Source: a virus
Strand: one strand, 5' to 3'
Virus record (IMG/VR): IMGVR_UViG_3300012956_000022
Span: 4,201-68,200 of that record
Length of the DNA: 64,000 nucleotides
The notes under the pieces are model-generated. The model did not search any database. It was given only the letters and a program-made list of their open reading frames with translations, and was not told the DNA's origin. Numbering within the stretch: position 1 is the stretch's first letter; every line of letters starts with the position of its first letter. This document shows, piece by piece, positions 39,301 to 48,607 of the stretch. Made by a program: the position numbers and the translations under genes.

Positions 39301-41005
39301 CTTCTTTCACTGTTATAGTAAGGTACAGACCTACCTCCCCTTCATACAGAACACCATCAGAAAGAAGCGGCTCTTTAGACCTGCTTGGAAATTTATGATG
39401 TCTTACCGGTGTACCTGTCAAAGGATTTCCACAGCAATCCAGCCCCCAGAAGTCTTCTCCTGAACATCCATCTCTCTTATCATAAAAGTGAGTTTCATTC
39501 TCATGATACTGCATGGCCCCATAGGTATCTCCTTCTTCAGGACCATATCTTACAGAAGTGTCCTCTACCTTGTATTTTGGAAATTGCCCGTCATAGTTTT
39601 GAAAAGCGTCATAGTTATCAAACCAGGGAAGCAAGTCTTCACTCCAGGTAATATTCCCTATGTCATCCGTAGATTCACAGAGCTGCGTGTCAAAATTCCA
39701 GTAGTTATTCTTAGGCCTGCCGGGAATGTGAAAAGCAGGTGACTCCAAGCCATTTGTAAAAACATAGACAATACCTTTTGCATATACCTCATCTCCCATG
39801 TATCCGGCAGCCTCCCAATAGGTATTCGGACACTTTACATTGCCGGGTATGTTCTGATTGGTGGCAGATATCTCTTTAACCACATATTTCGAGGCTATTT
39901 TAGATGCGTACTTTTGAAATCCGCACCAGTTTATCTGCTTTCCTGAAACTGCTGACAGGATGAGCCTGTTTTCCAGTTGTTCAATATGTTCTGCAAATTC
40001 ATAGTCGGACCTCTTTACAAAGATGTCCTCTTTTGGTATAATGGCATACCCACTGTTCTGACCTGAATAGATGAACTCAGTATTGTCTATGGATACAGGA
40101 GGAGAAGAAAGTACTCTTGTAACCTCTCCTGTAAAACTACTGGCCTCTATTATCCCTATTCTATAGTAAGGAAACTGATTGTCAAGATTGGCTAATGTTA
40201 TCTTGACTGCCTTATTGGTAAGAGTCTCCCTTCCTCCAAGGGCATCTGCCTCTATTGTCGAGCTGCCTATGATGTTCTCATAAGGAGAGGACTGAGTATC
40301 GTGATATATGCTGACTAACTGTGAACTGTATATCCAGTTGGTCTGATTAAGATCTGCATCCAGATAAGCTATGCAAAAATTGAGTGTTCCCGGAGGTATT
40401 GCACCACCATTGAATACTTCCGCATTCACCATAGACGGTATCTTGTAGGGTGCTATAAGATTGAACTTGTTACAATCCCATTTTTCTCCTGTATACTCAG
40501 CAGGATTGCCATCCGCTAAAAGAAAATCCGCATAGTCTTCACTATACAGTGCATCCAGCTTTGAAAAGTTCACATACCTTACCGGGTTAAGTTTTCCATT
40601 GGAAAAGTATACCGTATGCTCACAACCTTTTCTAAGCCTGTATTTTGCATCTATCTGATGTCCAATCTCAAAACCGAGACAGGAAGAGGTTACCTGAGCA
40701 GTATAATTGCAAAATCTGTCCAGGATACCTATTTCACTCACTCCGGTAACTGGATTAACGGAAAACACACACCATGTGTTGTCCCCCATATAAACAGAAG
40801 TCAGGATGAAAAAACCGGGAGAAACAGAGCCACAGTGCTCATTGCTTTCCATATTGGTTTTGGACATGACATCACCGGTATCAGTCTGCTCTGTTCCATT
40901 GAGGACATATCTTGCAGTGTCCTTTGGCTGGTCAGCAGGTGATGTATCTGTGATTATCCCGTTTGAAGGACGGGAAATGCCTGTTCCATTATTGTCTTTT
41001 GCCAT
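36329..41005 (-). CDS. Tail stabilisation / muzzle protein
   Basis: 1558 aa, beta-rich, with SWTVSF...SWHSF motifs; follows the tail tubular gene as in crAss-like phages. Confidence 0.8.
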   Translation of the reverse strand: MAKDNNGTGISRPSNGIITDTSPADQPKDTARYVLNGTEQTDTGDVMSKTNMESNEHCGSVSPGFFILTSVYMGDNTWCVFSVNPVTGVSEIGILDRFCNYTAQVTSSCLGFEIGHQIDAKYRLRKGCEHTVYFSNGKLNPVRYVNFSKLDALYSEDYADFLLADGNPAEYTGEKWDCNKFNLIAPYKIPSMVNAEVFNGGAIPPGTLNFCIAYLDADLNQTNWIYSSQLVSIYHDTQSSPYENIIGSSTIEADALGGRETLTNKAVKITLANLDNQFPYYRIGIIEASSFTGEVTRVLSSPPVSIDNTEFIYSGQNSGYAIIPKEDIFVKRSDYEFAEHIEQLENRLILSAVSGKQINWCGFQKYASKIASKYVVKEISATNQNIPGNVKCPNTYWEAAGYMGDEVYAKGIVYVFTNGLESPAFHIPGRPKNNYWNFDTQLCESTDDIGNITWSEDLLPWFDNYDAFQNYDGQFPKYKVEDTSVRYGPEEGDTYGAMQYHENETHFYDKRDGCSGEDFWGLDCCGNPLTGTPVRHHKFPSRSKEPLLSDGVLYEGEVGLYLTITVKEGETAPAGTVTFIVDFENPVGTPQSITVTLDTNTDIPVYNSNIYTFSGDIRDLDIAADAYSGTVVDDYSAIFDYRVDIKEASQNITDGTILRVFGVEFGNIEYPHPDIVGHYFVRADRDTFNRTVLDKGIFGRLRTGTPGDVEYHTFSYFTRNNNDPRSCYFFNPEFLYMGNSSKPDYIKSECKFLHAQTTVLADIVDDPDYLAITGKETDVVIEARQYTFNGVATLPGHNYKIKDTVVLDGVAKDTFINPGAETYNLSWDNKVQIATVENDLPYSGEDIFYCSMKIEREVHPVLSAIVYYRTHNSMLTLNSSQLVFGGDTFITPLNLSNGLWRKSKKGIGVLIWSIIGMVVLAVASVFAPVGFIGIALAAAGIAAAAVNAIVSAYDNSNLDEMADDDEIDDGHGRVNIWNGHVFFANEFLKGIYVESSINTGLRQRFFQDCGDFFRNQSNIMSYYIDKWTYKFKEGSDARKRRGVPCPENYHYNKDYSRQNRESVFFPIPISYDCCSDCLEDHPSRSAYSEQSFQEELTDNYRIFLPNNYRDIEGELGRITDTFTFNSRLYLITTEALWELPANYQERVSNEIVSYIGTGEFFSIPPKKIIDTETGGLGTKHKQGTLKTPAGVCIVSELDRAVYLLSENGPMRITDTGNTTWFRNNMKVFFDSQFAELTGTAYPFSDNPANIAGTGFCCGYDHTYKKLFITKKDYLILEGKYSQTPAAGKITWNSEEKKFQTLSQGNVLSDVPFTNKDYFQNKSWTVSFSGENNRYYLSSWHSFIPDSYISSPDFMYSVCSDERIWKHNVKGSYGSYYGIRYPYILEYVLNGNSLETQIWDFIILQLVARKYDISHESYRDIRDIFFDKVIMYNSRQSTGELKLTVKSTEQNAGYLANQIISRPGEIIVNRTERDWCINDIRDYRTDYLKPIFTESWESLKSVYPIDKVIDTDFIDFNKDWTQLENMRDKFLIVRFIFDNLQDVQLLMNYNIDISTLSYR

Positions 41006-41014
41006 TTGTTGTCA

Positions 41015-42001
41015 TTATTGCAATCCTCTGAAATACCCGTATCCGTGTCTTCCATTTGGACTATTAAAAGCCCTCCTGTCCTCAGCTCTGTTCAGCTTAC
41101 CAAAGAAACCTACATAACGCTGTGTCTGCGGTATCAGGTAGCTTCTTTGTTTCAACTGATTTTCGTACTCATCAACTCCCTTGATCATCATTGAATAGTT
41201 TCCTGCCTGCTTACAGTACCAGTGCCAATCCTGTTCTGACTTTCTGAGCCTTGACTCAGAGCCCTCCTTTCCGGCATAGAAATCCCTTTCCATAATCTTC
41301 ATGGTGATGTATTTCAGTATTGCCGTTGTGTAGCTGTAGTGGTCAGGAATCATAGGAAAGCCGGTTTCCTCATCCAGCACCTGCCGAAGATAAGAGAGTG
41401 CTATCTGGCCATCCTTAAAAGAAAACCTTAATGCGACTCCTCTCACTATGGTATATTCATCATTGCAACTCTGATAGATATCATTGTCTTGTGGTGCACA
41501 CACTATTGAGTTAAAGAAAGTGTGGTCAGATAATCCTATTGGTGTAAAGCAGTTTCTGTATACCCCGCAGCCTGTCCAGATGGAATGATCATATCTCAAA
41601 TCAAAATAGGGCCTGTAGTATGCCAAGTCATACTGCTGCAGAGGAGTTCCATTACAGTCAAGTACAACAGGACAATTGGCAGGTGGTTCATCAGCAGGGT
41701 TGTCAGCAACAGTCACCACAGGGACATCAGCGGCACAAAGCCCTCCTGTGTCTGTGGGAGCTGTCCAGCAATTATTTCTTGCAACCTGTATGATGGCATG
41801 AAACCCGGCAGGAAGTACACACTGATGATTTCTCACTTCAATAAAAGCCACGGCCTCTTCATATTGTCTTACAGCACCTATGGCCTCCAATGCCTCTGCA
41901 GTCCACTCTACGACATTTCCTTCATTAAATTCGGACATGAGGTCCCTGTCAATCTTGGAAAAGATTCTCTCTATGGATGTATATGGTATGGAGTTGCTCA
42001 T
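41015..42001 (-). CDS. Tail tubular / ring protein (P22 gp4-like)
   Basis: 328 aa with EWTAEAL...GFPMIPD...WHWYCKQA; synteny with the muzzle gene. Confidence 0.75.
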   Translation of the reverse strand: MSNSIPYTSIERIFSKIDRDLMSEFNEGNVVEWTAEALEAIGAVRQYEEAVAFIEVRNHQCVLPAGFHAIIQVARNNCWTAPTDTGGLCAADVPVVTVADNPADEPPANCPVVLDCNGTPLQQYDLAYYRPYFDLRYDHSIWTGCGVYRNCFTPIGLSDHTFFNSIVCAPQDNDIYQSCNDEYTIVRGVALRFSFKDGQIALSYLRQVLDEETGFPMIPDHYSYTTAILKYITMKIMERDFYAGKEGSESRLRKSEQDWHWYCKQAGNYSMMIKGVDEYENQLKQRSYLIPQTQRYVGFFGKLNRAEDRRAFNSPNGRHGYGYFRGLQ

Positions 42002-42012
42002 CTTTACGCTTT

Positions 42013-42309
42013 TTAATCTTCAGAGAATGCATCCGCAAGACTTTTTTCCTTAATGTTGATGGTCAAAGGATCCTCTTTTGTATACCACTTCTTGTTGTAA
42101 TAGGTGTAACCGGTTTCCGTCTCACCATCTCCCTCAGGCTTTTCATAGGAAATGTCGTAGCTCTTTGTGATGATAAAGCCGTTCTCTATCTCCTCCACAC
42201 TTGTGGTAACGGTTTTCTTAAGGATTTTAGCCCCTGCAGGCAAGCCGGTTTTATTGTCTTTAACCACCTTTTCAGTTCTTACTGAACCATTTTTCGTTAA
42301 AAGTCCCAT
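42013..42309 (-). CDS. Hypothetical protein
   Basis: Start taken at ATG 42309 (MGLLTK); contains VEEIENGFII. Confidence 0.65.
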   Translation of the reverse strand: MGLLTKNGSVRTEKVVKDNKTGLPAGAKILKKTVTTSVEEIENGFIITKSYDISYEKPEGDGETETGYTYYNKKWYTKEDPLTINIKEKSLADAFSED

Positions 42310-42310
42310 C

Positions 42311-42829
42311 TTAAGTATTTTTAATGTTATTTGTAAAATTTCTGTTATCCACCACAATATACTCTTTTCCGGATTCTATTGTATTGTTGGTGTTCCTTTT
42401 ATTTGCCCTTGTAAACACAAGAGAGTAGAGTGATTTGTTTGCAGTGAGTATATTTTTCTTTGACCAGAACAGGGAATAGATCACTCCGTTTGTGTCCTCA
42501 TTAAGGTGAAAAACAAGCTGCTTCTTCTCTTTGCATTCAGGACAGTTTTCCCATAGTTGCCGGGTACTTTTCCAGTCAGGAGGTAATGTTCCAAGAGGCT
42601 CTCCGTTATTGTCCACACCAAAATTCATTTTCTTTCCTTTTATAAAAACCTCTCCCATTCTTGCAGGCAGCTTTACTCTCTCTCCGTCAAGTATGGTTTT
42701 CATAAGGAATTTGGAAAATGCATACAGAAGATTCTTAAAGGTCTTCTCATCAGTTACCCCCCGGTTTTCCCTGAGGTAACTGACTGCCATATCCTGTATG
42801 CCGTATTTAAGCCTGGCCTGTTGCATCAT
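42311..42829 (-). CDS. IHF/HU-like protein (crAss-type)
   Basis: GERVKLPARMGEVFI...PDWKST...HLNEDTNG; conserved position next to the tail tubular gene. Confidence 0.7.
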   Translation of the reverse strand: MMQQARLKYGIQDMAVSYLRENRGVTDEKTFKNLLYAFSKFLMKTILDGERVKLPARMGEVFIKGKKMNFGVDNNGEPLGTLPPDWKSTRQLWENCPECKEKKQLVFHLNEDTNGVIYSLFWSKKNILTANKSLYSLVFTRANKRNTNNTIESGKEYIVVDNRNFTNNIKNT

Positions 42830-43499
42830 CTGAAGTATTTGATGTTTTATCCTCTATGGCACCTTTTACAAAAGTCTGCACAAGTTCCATGGAAGCAAGT
42901 TCTACGGCAGCCTCAAAAAGATCTCCCTCCATCGGGAAAGGCATGTCAAGAATGTTGATACATGGATTTTCCTCACAGCAGGTGCTGAAATTATACCATT
43001 CCACAGGATCAGCTCCCAGTGCTGAAAAGGTTATTCTTTCAGGTTTTCTCGGAGACGTGAGGTAAATATAGCTGTCTTTTATAAAAAAGTCCGTGTTGGT
43101 AGAGGTGTACTTATTGCCCTTTTTGTACTTCTTTGTATGCCACTGTGTTTCGTCATACTTGGTCTCATAGTCAACCGAAGTGACTCCCTGTATGATGTGT
43201 GCATCTGCACCGGTCATGATATCAGGAATTGGGAACTTACTTCTGAGAATGTACATGCCAAGAGGCGGTACACAGGGACACTCTATAAGTGGTATCTGTA
43301 TCATCTCCAGACAATTTATAGTCTGGTAAGACCACTGACTTATCTTTTGGTTCTTTTTGTACTCCTGTACGATAAGCCTTTCACGGACAGTTTTCAGCTT
43401 ACTGTAAACGTGCCTTCTTGTGAGTCTGAAATCAGAGCTCTGTACCCCTCTTGAGGCGAGTGACAATACTCTTTGTATGGCTTCCCTTATGGTTTGCAT
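42807..43499 (-). CDS. Putative tail ring/adaptor protein
   Basis: 230 aa with YQTINCLEM...C.C.P...ILRSK.PIP; lies in the structural block. Confidence 0.65.
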   Translation of the reverse strand: MQTIREAIQRVLSLASRGVQSSDFRLTRRHVYSKLKTVRERLIVQEYKKNQKISQWSYQTINCLEMIQIPLIECPCVPPLGMYILRSKFPIPDIMTGADAHIIQGVTSVDYETKYDETQWHTKKYKKGNKYTSTNTDFFIKDSYIYLTSPRKPERITFSALGADPVEWYNFSTCCEENPCINILDMPFPMEGDLFEAAVELASMELVQTFVKGAIEDKTSNTSDDATGQA

Positions 43500-43501
43500 C
43501 G

Positions 43502-44248
43502 TTAAATTATGAAGTTTTTATCTTCCAGCCACATTTGCAATCTCGCAGTGTAGTCGGGAGTTTTTTCAATAATGAAAGGAGGTTCCCCTTCTTTATCTTT
43601 CAACCATATCACCCATCTCTCCCTCACATCATATCCTGTCTGTTCAAACATCAACTGATAAAAAGAAAGCTGTATGCAGAACTTTCCAAAAGGACTGTCC
43701 AGGACATCCGTAAATGGCTCAAGAAGAGTTTTTCTGCGGAAGTTCTTATAGATATCCTTATTGGTTTTCCAGTCAGCTATAATAAAATATCTTTCCTGTT
43801 TGTCATAAATAATAAGGTCCGCTGTTCCGGCAAACCAGAATTTCTTATGCCACATTCTCAGCTCCTTCGATATTATAACATACCTGTCTTTATCCAGGTC
43901 GGCATAAAAAGCATCCACAGCCTCTTCTTTCTTTCTTATTGCAGCCCTTCTGAGGTGATCTTCTTCAGCATAAAAATGAACTTCAGTGCCATCTTCGGCA
44001 GCCACTTTCCCAAGTTTCTTCCAGGAGTCCAGTACTTGTTGCTTTGTAAGATTTTTCCTGTCAGCAACATTCTGTGCTTTCTCTTCCCAGTCAACGTACT
44101 CAACAAAGTTACCTATTATACCGGTAACCGATTGCATGTATTTTTTCAGTGCAGAATACCGGTGCCTTTCTTCATCAAAAACAAGCTCATCAAAAAAATA
44201 TCCTATCCTATATTGTGGCTCCTGCATACTAAGAAGCAAATATACCAT
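43502..44248 (-). CDS. PD-(D/E)xK nuclease (Cas4/RecB-like)
   Basis: GTEVH...KELRMW...AGTADLI...IIADWKT...QLSFY. Confidence 0.85.
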   Translation of the reverse strand: MVYLLLSMQEPQYRIGYFFDELVFDEERHRYSALKKYMQSVTGIIGNFVEYVDWEEKAQNVADRKNLTKQQVLDSWKKLGKVAAEDGTEVHFYAEEDHLRRAAIRKKEEAVDAFYADLDKDRYVIISKELRMWHKKFWFAGTADLIIYDKQERYFIIADWKTNKDIYKNFRRKTLLEPFTDVLDSPFGKFCIQLSFYQLMFEQTGYDVRERWVIWLKDKEGEPPFIIEKTPDYTARLQMWLEDKNFII

Positions 44249-44842
44249 TTACCCGGGACTTTCACCAGGGTTGTCCTGAGGAGATTTTATTGTCTCCGTA
44301 CTTTTGTTTTTATTTCTTTCGCTTGTGAATATCTCGTCTATATCTGCAGTCTCTGAAAAGTTCTCCATTTTTCTCATAAAGCCTATAGGAGGAAATGCCC
44401 CCTTTGTTAAAAAGAACATGTTCCTGAATATGGACCATGCAGGATAAGTGAGTATGATGGTAGAGCCAAAAAGATTCATGTAAGAAGTGTAGTCATCATG
44501 CTTGTAAGCGGCAATTATGAAAGTGTTGAATACCACCATTGTCCCAAGACAGATGATAAGCTTTTCAAATACCCCAATCAGAAACTTTTTTTCATTGAGT
44601 GACTTCAGCTTATACCATTTCCAAAGCCCGAATACTGCATCCAATCCTATCAACGTAAAGATAAGAACCACAAGGTCCATATCCCGCATCAATATCTTGT
44701 TGGCATATCCGGTAAGCTTGGCAAGTACCCATGCTGCGGGACTGATGAAAGCAGACAATATGATACTATCCATCAAGTGTATCACCTGCTGCTTCATTCC
44801 CGTAAAGGCAGCTCCTATGTTGTTTTCCAGATACTGCTTCAT
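44249..44842 (-). CDS. Putative holin
   Basis: Several transmembrane segments with the pattern LD..FGLWK...EKL...SIFRN, and a charged C-terminal tail. Confidence 0.7.
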   Translation of the reverse strand: MKQYLENNIGAAFTGMKQQVIHLMDSIILSAFISPAAWVLAKLTGYANKILMRDMDLVVLIFTLIGLDAVFGLWKWYKLKSLNEKKFLIGVFEKLIICLGTMVVFNTFIIAAYKHDDYTSYMNLFGSTIILTYPAWSIFRNMFFLTKGAFPPIGFMRKMENFSETADIDEIFTSERNKNKSTETIKSPQDNPGESPG

Positions 44843-44847
44843 CTTAT

Positions 44848-45246
44848 TTAGTTGTTTTGAGTGTCTCCAAAGAACAAATCATCAACCAGTTCCAGCAATT
44901 GCTGATCAGAAGCTGTGGATATCACTCCAAGAAGTGCTCCGATTACATCCGGATAGTATCCGTTGAAATTGGACAAAGCTTTCACCTTAGTAAGGTACCA
45001 GGTCAGAAAATCTCTTTTCTTCTGTTCTGTCCAGGTTTGCACTATGGCAAAATTACTTTGCAGACTTTCAGGAGAACCTGACAAGTCAAATCCTTCAGCA
45101 GCAACACCCTGCTGTAGTTCTTCGTCTGCACTAAAGACAGGAGGAATACTCTGTACCCCTTCTTCAAGCACCTTTCCTATTGCAAAAACAGTGTTGTTGT
45201 CTCCAATTTGAAAGATGTCAGCCAGAATAATTAATTGTGTAGCCAT
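44848..45246 (-). CDS. Hypothetical protein
   Basis: 132-aa ORF in the operon. Confidence 0.7.
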   Translation of the reverse strand: MATQLIILADIFQIGDNNTVFAIGKVLEEGVQSIPPVFSADEELQQGVAAEGFDLSGSPESLQSNFAIVQTWTEQKKRDFLTWYLTKVKALSNFNGYYPDVIGALLGVISTASDQQLLELVDDLFFGDTQNN

Positions 45247-45310
45247 TGTTTTATTTTTTAAAGATTAAGAATATGAATATAAATATAGATATATCTGTGA
45301 TTAAAATTAC

Positions 45311-46150
45311 TTATTGTTTTACATGGATAGTGGCACTTCCTGTAACCGTGTACAGGCTGCCTGTTGCAAAAAGAGCATCAGCAGTGGCAGCAGCATCATC
45401 TGCATAATTAGGAAGAGACTCCATTTTGATAGCTCCATCCTTGGTAATGCAAAACACCATTTGATTACTCTTGTTATAAATCTGTACCATGTCTCCTGAG
45501 GTAGCATCCTCATGAGGAAATATTCTAAAGGTACCTTCTGAAAAAGTTATCTCAACACCTATAGAATCAGTACCATCATTATAATCTTCATAGTCTGCTA
45601 TTTTTATTTTTGGCACTTGTGAGTTTCCAAGTTCAAAACCGATTTCCTGACGCTTGTCACCAATACTTGTATACTGGATCATACCAAGACCTGTTGAAGA
45701 TTTTGCTATTTGAAATCCTGTTAAACCAGAAATAACTTCAGGTTCTTCACCAAAGTCTTTTGATAAATTAACTACTTTCCCTTTATTAATTGAGTCTATA
45801 TCAAAAGAAGCTTCAAAATAATCAGAGTCCAGGTAGCTTGTTCCGCTCATTGCATATACACCTTTACCTTCTTCTACTTTCATTACTGTTCCTGTAGTGT
45901 CTCTTTTCAGGCCGGCATCTGATGTGACATTTCCATCACCGTCAAAATAAGCAATCTGTTCAGGTGTACCTGTAACAGCCCCGCCTCCACCGGCAGCCGT
46001 TGAAGAGATTATAGGCTTTCTTGGGTTGCGTTTGTTTATTGTGATATTAGTCCCTGCTTTAATATCAAGAAGACTTTTACCTTTAAGGGCATTGACATCA
46101 TTTATAAGTCTGTCTAAAGTTGCCTGAAGAGTTTTATCTGCACCGAACAT
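45311..46150 (-). CDS. Putative tail fibre protein
   Basis: Fibre-like motifs IKAGTNITI, GGGGAVTGT..QIAYF and LPNYADDAAA...GSLY. Confidence 0.6.
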   Translation of the reverse strand: MFGADKTLQATLDRLINDVNALKGKSLLDIKAGTNITINKRNPRKPIISSTAAGGGGAVTGTPEQIAYFDGDGNVTSDAGLKRDTTGTVMKVEEGKGVYAMSGTSYLDSDYFEASFDIDSINKGKVVNLSKDFGEEPEVISGLTGFQIAKSSTGLGMIQYTSIGDKRQEIGFELGNSQVPKIKIADYEDYNDGTDSIGVEITFSEGTFRIFPHEDATSGDMVQIYNKSNQMVFCITKDGAIKMESLPNYADDAAATADALFATGSLYTVTGSATIHVKQ

Positions 46151-46168
46151 TGTTGTATTTTTTAATGG

Positions 46169-47314
46169 TTAGTTTGTAATTTTTTGTATAAAAACGATGG
46201 TTTTGTACTTGTTGATTATATCAACAGCCGTGACTGAAGACGGAAGTTCATCAAAATCATCCCTGTTACTTGTACCGTCTCCTGTGTTCATAATATTAAA
46301 ATGAAATAATCTTGAAGTTCCACCACCTTCTCTTATGAATGGCCATATACTTGATGGTATAGCATCATGTATTGTAAAAGTCGGGGACATTCCTGGATCT
46401 AAACTATCACAATAATCAATTAGAGCATCTCTTGCGTGTACTCCATCATTGGATACAATGTCAATACAGGAATCTACATATCTATGCCTGTGTTTCGGAA
46501 TATTTGCTGTTGTGAGAGAAACACTGTCATTTCCGGCACCATCTACAGTATAATCATGAGCTGCATCACCGTGTTTGTATCCTCTGAGAGTTTCTCCCGA
46601 GAAATCCATGGTACCATTTTTACCATTACAGATTGCCCACTTGGCATATCTTTCTCCGACTTTCCCTATTCCTTTTGTTGCGGGGTTTGAAAAATCAAAA
46701 TAGTCACTGCTGTAAGGAGGTACCTTTGCAGAGCTGACAGCAATAATTTCACCTACCTCAAAGCCGGCATCCCATGCCGGTGCAAGAGTACTGTTATAGT
46801 AGTTTGCAATATAGGTATCTATGTTTGAAACAAATGTCTCCAAATCCGTAACAGAATCCTGGATAGCACTTACCGTTGAATTGAGTGTCTGAATGGTAAT
46901 GTACATGGATACCATGCTTGTGATCCTTATCAGCGGATACAATCCTTCATCACTTACTGCAAGATGAGTATCTCCCGGTGTGGTCTCACTGGCAAAACCC
47001 ACTGTCTTCAGTGTATAGATACGATGAATATCTGAATTGCAAAATCTGCACTCTGTTGTTTGCTCCGTAACTACCAGATAAGGACTGTAATTTCCTCCTG
47101 TGAAGTGGAACAACTCATTTGCCATGATAATTAGTCCGGGGGAGAATACTCCCGGGGAAGTCTCCTCTACTCCGCAAAGTATCACATTGTTACCTACAGC
47201 ACAGACAAAAGCCTCTTCCAGAGTGACTCCGTTATTGTAGAGGACATCCAGCACCTCTGCTGATATCTGTGGTCCGTCCTGCTTATTTTCTATAAAATAT
47301 ATTATGTTTGGCAT
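46169..47314 (-). CDS. Tail fibre/collar-domain protein
   Basis: Collar-like pattern GEIIA...WAICNGKNGT.D..G...G...SLTTANIPKHRH...FIQKI. Confidence 0.7.
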   Translation of the reverse strand: MPNIIYFIENKQDGPQISAEVLDVLYNNGVTLEEAFVCAVGNNVILCGVEETSPGVFSPGLIIMANELFHFTGGNYSPYLVVTEQTTECRFCNSDIHRIYTLKTVGFASETTPGDTHLAVSDEGLYPLIRITSMVSMYITIQTLNSTVSAIQDSVTDLETFVSNIDTYIANYYNSTLAPAWDAGFEVGEIIAVSSAKVPPYSSDYFDFSNPATKGIGKVGERYAKWAICNGKNGTMDFSGETLRGYKHGDAAHDYTVDGAGNDSVSLTTANIPKHRHRYVDSCIDIVSNDGVHARDALIDYCDSLDPGMSPTFTIHDAIPSSIWPFIREGGGTSRLFHFNIMNTGDGTSNRDDFDELPSSVTAVDIINKYKTIVFIQKITN

Positions 47315-47661
47315 GGGGAAAGAATATTGGTTAAAAATCTGTTTGTATAGGCCACTCCTTCATCAAGCGGTTTTGCAAAAGAGTTGCAGTCATTATCTAT
47401 CTCAAAAACACACAGGGAACATTCGGCATTGTTTACTGTAAGGGTTTCACACTCCTTCTGATACAACTGTTCACACAGAAGGTCATTATTACACCCAAGC
47501 TTCATTCTCATCAGGGCCAGCAGTGCCGCATCCCTCTCCTTTTTACCTGCCGTAATCTCCAGTTTACTTGCAAGAATAATATCACTTATGACCTGTATTT
47601 CATCACACATAAGAGAACTGTCTATCTCTTTCTTTATGAATTGAGAGTTATTAGCAATCAC
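47302..47661 (-). CDS. Cys-rich hypothetical structural protein
   Basis: 119 aa, overlapping both neighbours. Confidence 0.6.
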   Translation of the reverse strand: MIANNSQFIKKEIDSSLMCDEIQVISDIILASKLEITAGKKERDAALLALMRMKLGCNNDLLCEQLYQKECETLTVNNAECSLCVFEIDNDCNSFAKPLDEGVAYTNRFLTNILSPCQT

Positions 47662-48523
47662 AACCTGAAGTTAATGGATTTAAACCTAATTCAACAGTTA
47701 ATTTACGATACAGCTCACAAATACTTTCACATTGGCATCCGCAGTTGGCAGATTCAGTCAGTGCAAAGTACATAAGATGGATGTCTGTACTGGTCTTTAT
47801 GGTATCCAGTTTATCGGCCACTTTACATCTTGTCTCACAATCTGCAAACAAACAGCTTCTGTCAGTGATTACCGAGTTGTTTGACTTTGTGATGGTAATG
47901 TCTACCGTATAGACACCATCAGGAAATACGGAAAGTGAGGAGCTTATCAGAGAAGGAAGTATGTATACGTCATCTCCGGAGGCAAAAAGTGTCTCTGTAC
48001 TTCCGGTATAGGAAAACTGCTCTATATAAGTTTCACCATTTACCGTGTATGCCATTCTTGTAAAAATAAAGTTGGCAGGCAGGTCTGTATAGGAAAGTGT
48101 ACATCTTCCTGCAACATCAGCAGAACTGGTCTGTGTAGGAGCTGCCAGAAGATTTCCCGTAAACCAGGACTCTATCAGTTCATATAAACCACCGGGACCA
48201 AGACCTCCAAAATCATTAGTACAGTTCCAGTCAGAGTAGTTAAACGGAGAAATGACATTGTATTCAACACCGGTAACCAGGTTCTTTACATAGATACCCA
48301 TTATCTCTACATCATTATCAGGATCCTCATCATCCGTATTGAATGCGGTGACATAAAAACCAGGTGTTTCGTCAAGGTCTATTTCTGAAGTATACTGCTG
48401 TGAAGTGCAGCAGTTCTTTGTCAGTTTTATCTCCAGCTTTTTATAGCCGCCTTCTTGTATAGCAGCCTTTATTTCAGGAGAAGACAGCACAAGCTGTTTA
48501 CAGTCTATGTTCTTTATTACCAT
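47651..48523 (-). CDS. Cys-rich structural protein (tail hub-like)
   Basis: Start taken at ATG 48523, downstream of the terminator. Contains FPDGVYTV and ends GCDC. Confidence 0.65.
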   Translation of the reverse strand: MVIKNIDCKQLVLSSPEIKAAIQEGGYKKLEIKLTKNCCTSQQYTSEIDLDETPGFYVTAFNTDDEDPDNDVEIMGIYVKNLVTGVEYNVISPFNYSDWNCTNDFGGLGPGGLYELIESWFTGNLLAAPTQTSSADVAGRCTLSYTDLPANFIFTRMAYTVNGETYIEQFSYTGSTETLFASGDDVYILPSLISSSLSVFPDGVYTVDITITKSNNSVITDRSCLFADCETRCKVADKLDTIKTSTDIHLMYFALTESANCGCQCESICELYRKLTVELGLNPLTSGCDC

Positions 48524-48535
48524 TTTTCCTGCTTT

Positions 48536-48569
48536 AAAAAAGGGGGTAAATATCAACTACCTACCCCCT
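48536..48569 (-). terminator. Intrinsic terminator
   Basis: AGGGGGTA...TACCCCCT stem followed by a U-tract on the - strand. Confidence 0.7.
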
Positions 48570-48607
48570 CTCATCATTCACCAATAAAACTTAAAACATC
48601 TGTCACA

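Noticed and set aside
43502-44842. Holin-nuclease readthrough fusion (in-frame TAA-ATG)
   Set aside because: TAA is a strong stop, and the two products look like independent families; simple translational coupling is enough.
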